DNA from: an uncultured Porphyromonadaceae bacterium
GTDB taxonomy: Bacteria; Bacteroidota; Bacteroidia; Bacteroidales; UBA12481
Length of the DNA: 47,179 bases
Assembly: GCA_964355105.1 (NCBI GenBank)
Contig: CAYHCO010000009.1
Coordinates: forward strand, 25,183-72,361
Reading direction: 5' to 3'
The position numbers and the translations under genes are program-made. This document shows, piece by piece, positions 38,591 to 47,179 of this stretch. The notes beneath the pieces are model-generated. The model had not been told where the DNA came from, did no database searches, and saw nothing but the letters and a program-made list of their open reading frames with translations. Position 1 is the stretch's first letter. The number at the start of each line of letters is the position of its first letter.

Positions 38591-39103
38591 ATGGAGATTA
38601 TCGACAGACTAATTGATTTTAATAGCTTGACAGGGCCGCAGGTTATTTATATTAGGACTAGATTTCTTGATGCTCTTTTTGCATTAGATCAACTCGCCAT
38701 TCGTAATAAGTATTTATTTTATTTGCTTAGAATTTTCATTTTGATTATTGGAGCACTGTTACCTGTAATCACCAATATTAATTCTATTATGCCTGAGCTC
38801 GACAATAAGTACTTGAAATTGGCGGTAACCTTGTTGTCCATAGTTCCTGTAGTTTCTTACAGTATATTGCAGATATTCAAAAATGACAAGATGTGGATTC
38901 ACCATCGGTTGAAATTTGAACTTATCAAGTGCGATTTATATCGATTTCTAAATCTTTCCGGTAATTACAAAGATTATCCAAGTCAATCTGAAGCTTATAA
39001 TACTTTTGTCAGCCGTGTAGAATCTATGTTTGAAAAGGAGATAAAGGATTATTTTAAAACTATTGACATCGCAGACAAATCAAATGACAATGTTCCAAAA
39101 TAA
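38591..39103 (+). CDS. DUF4231 / SLATT-like two-TM protein
   Basis: Two TM helices (LRIFILIIGALLPVI; LAVTLLSIVPVV) followed by K....WI.HR...E.IK.....F....G.Y and F..RVE.....E. The start could instead be ATG 38510. Confidence 0.75.
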   Translation: MEIIDRLIDFNSLTGPQVIYIRTRFLDALFALDQLAIRNKYLFYLLRIFILIIGALLPVITNINSIMPELDNKYLKLAVTLLSIVPVVSYSILQIFKNDKMWIHHRLKFELIKCDLYRFLNLSGNYKDYPSQSEAYNTFVSRVESMFEKEIKDYFKTIDIADKSNDNVPK

Positions 39104-39111
39104 CTACTATT

Positions 39112-39819
39112 GTGATAAAAGCATTGTTGATCTTATCGGTTCTATTCACTCTACTGATATTGTTCTCATTAATTCTACTTTTTAATCAAAGAAGATTCTT
39201 GCCACCCGACATATCAACGAAGGTGTATTGTGATTATCCAGTTTCTGTTGATAGTTTCGTTGACATATTGAATTGTCCTGACATTTTCAAGAATGCTTTT
39301 CGAATTACGATTGCCTACTTTCCTGAGCTTCAGAATTCTCAAATCTCTATCGAATATGGTAGAATCTCTTCTACAATGTATGCTCAACCTGTCCTTAATT
39401 TTGGAATTTTCAGTAAACAGAACAGAAGTTTTAAAATCAAAGTCAATAATAATTCAGGTCGAATAAGGTGTCTGGAATTCGATAGTCTGAACCTATCTAT
39501 CCAAGTGGGCTGGCTTGCCCATGAATTTAGCCATATAGTGGATTATAGGCAAAGAAACTTTTTTGGTTTATTGGGGTTTGGTTTTAACTATATAGTATTG
39601 GATTCTTTCAGAAAGTACACAGAAAGGATGACGGATATTGCAGTAATTAACCGAGGGTTGGGTAAAGAACTGATTGAAGGTGTTGAATTTGCATTATCGA
39701 ATCAAACGATTTCAGAGGATTACCGTAAAAAATTATCCAACATGTATATGTCAGTAAGTTCATTGGATTCGTTTCAAGACAAATACCAACAGATATGCAA
39801 AGCAAAAGAATTCAAGTAG
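39112..39819 (+). CDS. Membrane-anchored putative zinc metallopeptidase-like protein
   Basis: N-terminal TM, YFPEL, GWLAHEFSHIVDY (HExxH) and a downstream ER.TD...I.RGLG motif supplying a possible third Glu ligand. Confidence 0.65.
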   Translation: MIKALLILSVLFTLLILFSLILLFNQRRFLPPDISTKVYCDYPVSVDSFVDILNCPDIFKNAFRITIAYFPELQNSQISIEYGRISSTMYAQPVLNFGIFSKQNRSFKIKVNNNSGRIRCLEFDSLNLSIQVGWLAHEFSHIVDYRQRNFFGLLGFGFNYIVLDSFRKYTERMTDIAVINRGLGKELIEGVEFALSNQTISEDYRKKLSNMYMSVSSLDSFQDKYQQICKAKEFK

Positions 39820-39822
39820 TTC

Positions 39823-42800
39823 CTATTCCAGACTATTCTTTTTAATTACACTAATTACGGCAAATTTTGCTGAAGCCACAGTTTCCCGGTTCACTTTCTC
39901 GCTGATTCTTCCCCTTGCCAGGTCATTCACGTTTATGAATCCGTTAAGCAGCAGTAACTGAATGATCAGATTATTGACAATCAATTCTTTGCTGTAACCT
40001 TTAGCAACATAAAGGCTGGCAACCTGCTCCATGAAATCTGCTGCAAATTCCGGGCTGTTCGGAAGCGCCATCAACTGTTTATAGGTCTCGCTAATGGCCG
40101 TAAGCTCTATATTTAGGTTGGATGTGAGCAGCAGAGGGCTGAATTCGTTGGCGGGGTCGACCGGGCTGAACCCACGAAGCCGACTGAGGTCGACCGGGGT
40201 ATCTAGTTGATCAAGCCTGACAAACTGAGCCTTTTTCATGGCCTCAATCTGATAGAGATAAAAGTTGTAACGGAATATCTCGGCACTAACCTCGTTTGCA
40301 GGCAGTATCTGACCGTATTTTTCCTGAATCGCCTGTCTGACGAAAAGCTTGTGCCGGGAAATTTCGGGTTTTTGTAAACGTACTTCCCGGATAAGCCGGA
40401 GTAGGTCATCGGCAGCTTTTTGCGGTCCGGTAATTTCCTTCCCTTTTTTACCAAGGTCTGTAGAGAGAATGCCGAGCTGGATTTTCCTTCCCAGACCGCA
40501 TCCGTCTGATCCTCCTTTAAGTATTCTGATCAGGTGTTGGCGGATAGCCAGTTCCTCCTCCTCGGCAATAAACGGATTCCCTGCCGGTGTGCTCGCGAGG
40601 GCATTGAACATCTTGCCGAAGAAATCACGGTCGATAAGGAAGGTTTCTTCCCCAGTACCTCCTGTTGCAACAGCGAGGAATCGGTTCTTGATGATATCGA
40701 AGCGTATTTTTTCTATTGTGAAGGACTGATTGTTCCTGGTAAAAGTTTTTCCGCGGAAAATCTCAGAAACCACCTCTTCCAGATCAATTTTGTCCATCAT
40801 CTTGAATGAGGATCCCAGATATACCTTGCCGGTACTCGGGTCCAGTATCCAATCGAGGATGTCGTCGAGATAGGAACCGTGACGCCCTAACAATTCAACG
40901 ATCTGCTTATCGGCGGTATATCGCAGGAGTGTTCGCTGAATATGCGGATAATCCGAGCTGGTGGCTTTCTCTTTACGTTCCCCATGACTTTCCCTGTAGA
41001 GGATAAAGTTTTCGGGGTTCGCATACCTGCGGATACCGGCTTCATCCCTTGAAAAATTACTGGCAGTCAGGAAGATATCAATCTTAAACGGCATCCTGAT
41101 GTCGCAAAGTCCTGAAATCGTACTTCGAGAGTTCAGGTCTTCCTTATTGCTATCGGCGCTGCTTTCGAAAAGGCTCTTGTACTGTTTGATAAAGTCGGGA
41201 TCGAAATCCGTCACTCTGGAGAAATCTCCTATTTCGCTGCCGATACCATACAGATTACCCTGTTGGTCGGGGAAAACGTGCAGCATGTCGCCGGCAATCA
41301 TCCTGATGGACCGAATGCCCTGAAGGTTTTTGCGCAACCACTTAAGCATGAGGGCTGCAAGCATTTCTGATTTGCCTACGCCGCTATCACCGCTGATGAG
41401 CACAACGAACAGGCTGCCATCCTCCTCTTCAATGGCAAAAAGTGATCCGTGAACCGGCATTCCACCCAATTCCTTCACTTTTTCATTTAACAGGGTAAGA
41501 CGCGGTTTTTTGATGTCGCCGAAATAATCAACCTTTCTTTTCAGCGGTGTAACGATAGTCTTGATACTTCCATTGGGTCCCTTCAGGTCGAAATATCCGA
41601 TGCGAGGGTAGGAAATTACTTTTTCCGGTGCGCCATAAAACAGTACAATATCCGGAACGAATTCCTGGACTTCCGCCAGGGAAATGGTCTGCGGGCCAAG
41701 CAGCCTGAAATTATCGGTCAGGTATTTGAGATAGGATTTGTGGAAGATATAGAGTTCCCTCACCAATCCCTGATCGTGAATCTTGCAACGGTAATCTTCA
41801 GGGTCCAGGGTCTCAATGAATTTTGCTATCCGGTTGCCAAAGAAAGCTGAGGTGGGGCGGGTTTTCATTTGCTTAATGAAATCCCTCGGGGTGGCTCCTC
41901 CGGAATGGTCGAAGGGCTCCGGTTCATGACCGGTACGGTCAATCTTATGGAATGGATACTCCCTTTTCTTGGCGTCCGTAGCTATGCGGGTATGGGTCTG
42001 GACGTCCTTCTCCGCAGCAATAACACCACATTGTTCCATCACCCTGTTAATCCAGCGAAGCTCACTGAATTCCGGATTCCGGGCAATGAGGTTATCCATT
42101 TTGAAGTCGGTGTGGAGGGAGTAACCATGTTGAATCATCTCGTTTACAGATGAATTCTGGGGAAGGTATTCGTATTGAACCATCCTCGTCAGGTAGTGGT
42201 TATACCTGGTGAACAGATCGGTGGAGCGGGTGGCGTTCATCCGGCCGGTCAGGAAAAGAACCTGTGTTCTGACCGTTTCAGCCAGGTCTGCGGTGCCAAT
42301 CAGCTGTCCGCCTGCTTTCATGCAGCTCTGCCAGATGTAACGGCACTCATCCGGGAAAATATCGGTCAGGTAGTTGGCCGCAAGCATACCAGCCTCTCCA
42401 TTGCCAAGTTTGCGAACTCCCTCGGTAAGCTTTTCAACCCGACTTCGCCAGGCCCTCACAAACACTTCAGTGCCTGTGAGCAGGTAATCCATCCAGAGCA
42501 AATCCGGACCTGTGGCGTTTTTGAGCAGTTCGTCCTGGAATAGTTTATAGGTGATCTCCACCAGGGCTGGCCTCGGGTCAGTACTGAAGGAATCATCGAA
42601 ATGATTAAGCTGGTCGCGCAATTCAATCAAGCCGAGAGCCGGATTGAAGGAAGCGGCGCCGAGTCCGGTAATCTCGCTGAACATGCCGAGCGTACGGATG
42701 AACAGCTCTTTAAGCCCGGGTTCCTTTAGGCGCTGGTCGAACGGAAGACCGAAATGCAGGAACAGTTCACCGATATATTTGCGGAGGATCTGGTTGTACC

Positions 42801-45800
42801 CTTCCAGACGGGCCAGATCACCTCCCAGATCAGCGCCGTTAACCTTGAGGGCCAGAAGCTTGACCTTAAAATCGGAGAAAAGTAGAACCTCAAGCTCGAT
42901 GAGTATCTCTTTCATGATCAGAAGCTCATCCTGTTCATCGAGAATATGGTGATCGGGCTGGAATTCCTTTTTGGAACGTATGTATTTCAGGATCGTGCTT
43001 TTGCCAAATCTTGCAGTAACCTCATTGTAATCCAGGTCGCGCAGGGTGGGGATGCTTTTGTATACCTGCGGAAGAAGAGTTTCATATACTTTGGTGAAAG
43101 CCTTGCTGGCAACAAAAGTTTCCAGATCCGGGCAACTGCCGATCTGATCGAAAAATTCTATAACGCTGTTTTTCGAGGTGGCAATAGTATGAATGGTCAC
43201 GCCGCAATCAGCCGGGAACGGCAGGTTCACCGACTTGATGTCGCGAATGCGGAGTGATCGGTTGGCGGTCTTCGATAATTGAGAAACAGCCTGGTAATCA
43301 GTCAGTATGGATCGTGCATAGGCGGCACCCGATTGCTTCGGGAAGACGGCAGAAAGCAGGGTGGAGGGGTCTTTGGTCCGGGATGGGTCGCCTGCAAGGA
43401 GTTTCTGGTATTTATCCCAGTAATTCAGGAAAAGGACCATGGCTGTCTCCAGTTCCTTCCGGAAGATTTTGTACGATGCTTCGGTGCCATCGAGGTAGTC
43501 GCCCAGGGCAAACCGGACAAAGCCGGTCTGATAGGGAAGGATGGCCAATCCGCGCTCACCGGCAATTGCAGAGGCAAAAGCCTCGAGTTCATGGAATGAG
43601 GGAAGATTTTTGATATGGAGATTAAACAGGTACGATCCGTCGGAATCCAGGTAAGTGATATCTGAATCGGCACGGTTTGCGAGGACCTCCTCGGCTACCT
43701 GTTTAGCAAGATCCATCCGGCGGTTCGATTCGCCGCGGAACTCCTTATTGATCCTGAACTTATTTAACGATTTAACAATGTGATCTTTATAATAGGAAAA
43801 GAACGGTTCGCCTTTATATTTGAAATCATCCGGAAGTTCGAGCACATCCAGCTGATCGAGCGAACGCAGTTCTTCCAGCAGGAACAGGTGGAGCGGGCTA
43901 CCCTCAAAAAGTGAGACACGGCGTCCCTTGGTACTTTTTCCCGAGCCTTTCTCAGGTTTATTGGCAAGAATGGCAGTCTTAATGAATTCTTCGAGCTTAA
44001 GCTTTATTTTGTGGCGTGATGCATCTTTCGGAAGATTCTCATCCATTTTTATCTTGATGGTTTTGGCGAGTTCTGCCACCTCGAGAACATTCACGAGCAT
44101 AAACAGTGAATTGGTATTTGCCCGGTCGGAGGAGAATATCTTTCGTGAATAATCAATCACATCCTGCCTTGCGGGGGTAGCTGCTATTGATCCCAGGCGG
44201 TCTCCGGTAGCCCCGAGGTTCTTGGTGGTGGAGAGTGAAGTAACCATTCCAAGGGTCGGGAACGAGGCAAAGTTGTTCATGATATACCTTGATATGGTAC
44301 GCCATTTCGGTTCTTCCGGATCCTCAAGTTTTACGGCATCATTGTAAGCCTCATCGAGGAACAGGGTGAACTGGGTCTTATTCAGGAATTTGAGGAAGGC
44401 AATCAGCGATTGGTTATTAAAATCGGTATAACCGGTAGGATTGGAAGGATCGTTGATAACGAACACCGTGTTTTCGCAGAAGCGGTCCCAAAGGGTGCCG
44501 GTATCATCAAACAGGTGGAAGGTGTCGCGGATCAGTTCGAGTTTGGTTTGAAGCCTCTCAAAATCGACCCTCCCATTCTCATACAATTCAATATTGATAT
44601 CAAAAGGATTGATGTCGAACCGGTCAGGCGGGAACAGATCGCGGTACTCCCAGGAGGCTTCCTCCACGAAATAGATGAAAGGGTTCGGCTGGCGGCCTTT
44701 CCAGAAGAGAAGGTCGCGGATAATCATCTGCACGTCGTCGGATACCGAAGTTTTGTCGAGAGTAGCCAGCTTACTGAGGAAATCCTTGATGATTTCCTGA
44801 TCAGCGGCATTTTTCTGGTCGAACCGGTCCTTGATACCCAGGTCGATCAGGAAATTCCTGAACCGGCCCCGGTTATCGGCCTCATTTTCCACTTTGGTGA
44901 GAAATGCCTTGTATTTTTCAAGGAACAGGTTGATGCCGAAATTTTTGTGAAAATGATTGTGCAGTGTTCTCTGGTAAGCATTAGGGATAACATCCAGGAT
45001 CACTTCGCACCGGTGCACGATTTCTTCGCTTACCGGCTTAAGTTTTCGCTGCAGCAGATATTCGCCATAGGTTCGTATCTGAGCGCGGCCGCCGCCTTCA
45101 ACGATGGTGGCGATGCCGAGATTTTTATTTCCCGAATAGAAATAATCGCGGGTCCTTTCCTCAAATTCGGCGATCAGCTCGCGGTTCAGTTTTTTCTGTG
45201 CTGCCGGTTCCCGCACCTGCTCTATCAGAACCAGGTATTGATGCAATTTGGATAGAGTGTACCGGTCTTTGATCAGCTGGCTGGCGAACTCGTCGAATTT
45301 ATACAGGATCACATCCTGTTCCTGACTGTCAGGCTCGGCCAGCTGCTCTTTTTTCAGGTTGATAATTTCCTGATCGTAATCTTTGATTTTTTTATCGACC
45401 TTTTCCTTGAACTTTCTGATATTCTGCGGATTCACCTTGTCAAGGATCAGGCGAAGGTTCATCTGGGTATTTGCCGGTGTTCCCATTTTACGGGTATGCA
45501 CCTTGTTAAGGGTGTTGATGATACCGTTATGGAAGGCAAAGACCAGGCTGGTGTTGGTTGCGCGGGATTCCGGTGAGTCATCGATGAATACGCAGCGCAC
45601 GAGATAGCTTGCCATTTCAGGCTTAGAGAAAATATTCCGTCTCATCGAGCTGATCCGGATGGCAAAAATGGATACCGGATCCACCTGCATTGTCTGAAGG
45701 AGAGATTGTTCATCCTGGAATTCGATCACTTTAACCGAATTAGGAGTAAAAACCTCCTCTTTGAGCAATCTTATCGTGGTGTCGGCATTGCCCGATACCA

Positions 45801-46464
45801 GGGTGCGGATCAATCCGTTAAGTCCTTTAAAATTGACAGTCGACTCGGTACGGGCCAGGAAGTTCTCTTTTTCAGCACCTGTCGTATAATGAGTCGACTG
45901 GTTAACCATCTGGTCGAGTACATCGAGGAGGTAATTCCACTGTGCCTCTTCCACATCTTCATTTATTCCCAGTACATCCCGGAATTTTCTGATCACCCTC
46001 ACCTCATCACCAACCAGTACACGATAAAGAAAATCAATGGTCTGCTGAGTGGTAGGAGGGGTACCGACCGAGAAATCGTGAAGGGAAAGAATATTTTCCA
46101 GTTGTTTTTTCTCGGCCGGGTTAACCAATTCCTGGTCGATGATGGAGCGAAGGCGTTTTTTAAAGACGCCTCGTTTGGCTGAAAATTCGAATGCCTTGGA
46201 GTTCCTGTGCGGCGCGAGCATCAGGCTGATATCGGTATAACCGGGCAGGGCCTCTTTAACTTCGAGTAGGGCCTGATTCACGGCGGCCTTCTGAATGGCA
46301 GGCTCCATCTGCTCGTCATGGCAGATCCTGATGAAATTCTTAAGCTTCTCAAAAACACCGTCGGGAAGGATATTGGATGCACGGTCGCCCAATGAGGCAT
46401 ACAGGTTGATCAGCTCACGCGCTTCCTCGTTAAGCGGGACCCGGGTGTGGCCTGGTAATTTCAT
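39823..46464 (-). CDS. 2213-aa multidomain protein: fold-type-I PLP enzyme domain fused to a PEP-carboxykinase-like P-loop domain
   Basis: PLP motifs INDPSNPTG (44431-44460), LDEAY (DEAY 44344-44355), STTKNLGATGDRLG (Lys748) and GFVRFA (Arg984). C-terminal DYFGDIKK, MPVHGS, Walker A GDSGVGKS (aa 1692-1699), IAGDM and GSEIGDFSR. Uninterrupted 6.6-kb ORF. Confidence 0.85.
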   Translation of the reverse strand: MKLPGHTRVPLNEEARELINLYASLGDRASNILPDGVFEKLKNFIRICHDEQMEPAIQKAAVNQALLEVKEALPGYTDISLMLAPHRNSKAFEFSAKRGVFKKRLRSIIDQELVNPAEKKQLENILSLHDFSVGTPPTTQQTIDFLYRVLVGDEVRVIRKFRDVLGINEDVEEAQWNYLLDVLDQMVNQSTHYTTGAEKENFLARTESTVNFKGLNGLIRTLVSGNADTTIRLLKEEVFTPNSVKVIEFQDEQSLLQTMQVDPVSIFAIRISSMRRNIFSKPEMASYLVRCVFIDDSPESRATNTSLVFAFHNGIINTLNKVHTRKMGTPANTQMNLRLILDKVNPQNIRKFKEKVDKKIKDYDQEIINLKKEQLAEPDSQEQDVILYKFDEFASQLIKDRYTLSKLHQYLVLIEQVREPAAQKKLNRELIAEFEERTRDYFYSGNKNLGIATIVEGGGRAQIRTYGEYLLQRKLKPVSEEIVHRCEVILDVIPNAYQRTLHNHFHKNFGINLFLEKYKAFLTKVENEADNRGRFRNFLIDLGIKDRFDQKNAADQEIIKDFLSKLATLDKTSVSDDVQMIIRDLLFWKGRQPNPFIYFVEEASWEYRDLFPPDRFDINPFDINIELYENGRVDFERLQTKLELIRDTFHLFDDTGTLWDRFCENTVFVINDPSNPTGYTDFNNQSLIAFLKFLNKTQFTLFLDEAYNDAVKLEDPEEPKWRTISRYIMNNFASFPTLGMVTSLSTTKNLGATGDRLGSIAATPARQDVIDYSRKIFSSDRANTNSLFMLVNVLEVAELAKTIKIKMDENLPKDASRHKIKLKLEEFIKTAILANKPEKGSGKSTKGRRVSLFEGSPLHLFLLEELRSLDQLDVLELPDDFKYKGEPFFSYYKDHIVKSLNKFRINKEFRGESNRRMDLAKQVAEEVLANRADSDITYLDSDGSYLFNLHIKNLPSFHELEAFASAIAGERGLAILPYQTGFVRFALGDYLDGTEASYKIFRKELETAMVLFLNYWDKYQKLLAGDPSRTKDPSTLLSAVFPKQSGAAYARSILTDYQAVSQLSKTANRSLRIRDIKSVNLPFPADCGVTIHTIATSKNSVIEFFDQIGSCPDLETFVASKAFTKVYETLLPQVYKSIPTLRDLDYNEVTARFGKSTILKYIRSKKEFQPDHHILDEQDELLIMKEILIELEVLLFSDFKVKLLALKVNGADLGGDLARLEGYNQILRKYIGELFLHFGLPFDQRLKEPGLKELFIRTLGMFSEITGLGAASFNPALGLIELRDQLNHFDDSFSTDPRPALVEITYKLFQDELLKNATGPDLLWMDYLLTGTEVFVRAWRSRVEKLTEGVRKLGNGEAGMLAANYLTDIFPDECRYIWQSCMKAGGQLIGTADLAETVRTQVLFLTGRMNATRSTDLFTRYNHYLTRMVQYEYLPQNSSVNEMIQHGYSLHTDFKMDNLIARNPEFSELRWINRVMEQCGVIAAEKDVQTHTRIATDAKKREYPFHKIDRTGHEPEPFDHSGGATPRDFIKQMKTRPTSAFFGNRIAKFIETLDPEDYRCKIHDQGLVRELYIFHKSYLKYLTDNFRLLGPQTISLAEVQEFVPDIVLFYGAPEKVISYPRIGYFDLKGPNGSIKTIVTPLKRKVDYFGDIKKPRLTLLNEKVKELGGMPVHGSLFAIEEEDGSLFVVLISGDSGVGKSEMLAALMLKWLRKNLQGIRSIRMIAGDMLHVFPDQQGNLYGIGSEIGDFSRVTDFDPDFIKQYKSLFESSADSNKEDLNSRSTISGLCDIRMPFKIDIFLTASNFSRDEAGIRRYANPENFILYRESHGERKEKATSSDYPHIQRTLLRYTADKQIVELLGRHGSYLDDILDWILDPSTGKVYLGSSFKMMDKIDLEEVVSEIFRGKTFTRNNQSFTIEKIRFDIIKNRFLAVATGGTGEETFLIDRDFFGKMFNALASTPAGNPFIAEEEELAIRQHLIRILKGGSDGCGLGRKIQLGILSTDLGKKGKEITGPQKAADDLLRLIREVRLQKPEISRHKLFVRQAIQEKYGQILPANEVSAEIFRYNFYLYQIEAMKKAQFVRLDQLDTPVDLSRLRGFSPVDPANEFSPLLLTSNLNIELTAISETYKQLMALPNSPEFAADFMEQVASLYVAKGYSKELIVNNLIIQLLLLNGFINVNDLARGRISEKVNRETVASAKFAVISVIKKNSLE

Positions 46465-46491
46465 AAAAATCTTCCATTTAGGTTAACCTCG

Positions 46492-46522
46492 CAAAGGAAC
46501 AAAACAGGAGAGGAATATCAAA
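46492..46522 (-). promoter_or_regulatory. Candidate sigma-A promoter for the 2213-aa gene
   Basis: Minus strand TTTG (46522-46519), a 19-nt spacer, then TTCCTTTG (46499-46492; one mismatch to TAnnTTTG). Confidence 0.5.
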
Positions 46523-46598
46523 GTCTAAAAGCGAGATGGTTGGAGAATGTAACAATGAGGTTATGCCGGGATAAGTTTGGCCGATGTATATTTGGGGC

Positions 46599-46877
46599 AT
46601 GAAAAGCAAGAACTGGAGGCTGCGCATAGGGATAGCATTGATTATAGGCTGCATACCTTTTTACCTGGTGCTTCCCCTGATACCGTTTCTTGCCATCGAC
46701 AACAAATTAAAAATTCTGGCATCGACCGTTTCGGTCATTTTGGGGGAGGTGGCTTTTTGGGTTGGTGGATTTTTGGTTGGAAAGGAGCTTTTTACCAAAT
46801 ACAAAGCATACTTTAATCCCCGAAACTGGTTCAGAAGGAAACTTAAGGATGACCAGCAGCAAACCCCAGTGGACTAA
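46599..46877 (+). CDS. Small two-TM 'transporter suffix domain'-like protein
   Basis: K....RIGI.LI....P.Y...P.IPFL, then .GEV.FW.G..L.GKE...KYK pattern. ATG 46599 lies 4 nt after TATATTTG. Confidence 0.7.
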   Translation: MKSKNWRLRIGIALIIGCIPFYLVLPLIPFLAIDNKLKILASTVSVILGEVAFWVGGFLVGKELFTKYKAYFNPRNWFRRKLKDDQQQTPVD

Positions 46878-46889
46878 CACAATCATGCC

Positions 46890-47179
46890 ATGAAACTCAA
46901 TCCTTTTGTACTCGAACGGCATTTCGCCAAATATGAGTTTGATGTTCCGTTCCAGCTGAGTTGCTCCGATTGCGAGCCGCTCAGCCTGTCGGAGCTCCTG
47001 GCTCTGGCTTCGCCGGAATCAATCAGGCTATGGGAAAACCTGCAATTTCTTTATACCCATACGAACGGGCACCCGCTTCTTAGACAGGAGATTGCGGCAT
47101 GGTATGGTAAAGTGGGGTTTGAGGATGTTTTAGTTTGCGTGCCGGAAGAGGGAATTTATCTGGTAATGAACAGTTTGCT
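46890..47179 (+). CDS. Class I/II PLP-dependent aminotransferase-like protein, N-terminal fragment (runs off the window end)
   Basis: Manual translation MKLNPFVLERHFAKYEFDVPFQLSCSDCEPLSLSELL...LYTHTNGHPLLRQEIAAWY...VLVCVPEEGIYLVMNSL. Absent from the ORF track because it has no stop. Confidence 0.8.
   Translation, partial: MKLNPFVLERHFAKYEFDVPFQLSCSDCEPLSLSELLALASPESIRLWENLQFLYTHTNGHPLLRQEIAAWYGKVGFEDVLVCVPEEGIYLVMNSL

Noticed and set aside
44410-45255. 281-aa plus-strand ORF within the giant gene
   Set aside because: Antisense shadow of a coding region that carries conserved PLP motifs; no independent signals.

Overview
47 kb of chromosomal DNA from a Bacteroidota bacterium, probably Bacteroidales-like (about 50% GC by eye, TAnnTTTG promoters, few Shine-Dalgarno sites). 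The left half is mostly housekeeping. It holds the end of mreB followed by mreC-mreD-mrdA-rodA, a COG2403/cDPGS-like P-loop ligase (possible arginine synthetase), an MBOAT + AlgJ/AlgX-like O-acyltransferase pair, lysS, recJ, parA-parB-DUF5683-mltD-ppa, an ArnT-like glycosyltransferase, aroK and topoisomerase IV parC/parE. The right half is more accessory. It holds a TonB-dependent receptor, a DUF6067-like glycoside hydrolase, an OmpR-type two-component system, a DUF438/hemerythrin/PAS + DUF1858 pair behind a Fur-like box, Trk/Ktr K+ uptake genes, a Cys-less desulfurase-like PLP enzyme, a LysE exporter and a low-GC three-gene islet with a DUF4231/SLATT protein. The most striking element is a 2213-aa protein that fuses an intact fold-type-I PLP domain (aspartate aminotransferase/aspartate beta-decarboxylase-like) to a PEP-carboxykinase-like P-loop domain, a candidate Asp-oxaloacetate-PEP channelling enzyme. 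Second is a candidate ~80-nt sRNA directly downstream of the two-component system, with its own promoter, an OmpR-type direct repeat and a strand-specific terminator. No rRNA, tRNA, CRISPR array, transposase or integrase was recognised. All family assignments come from motif recognition by eye, not from database searches.
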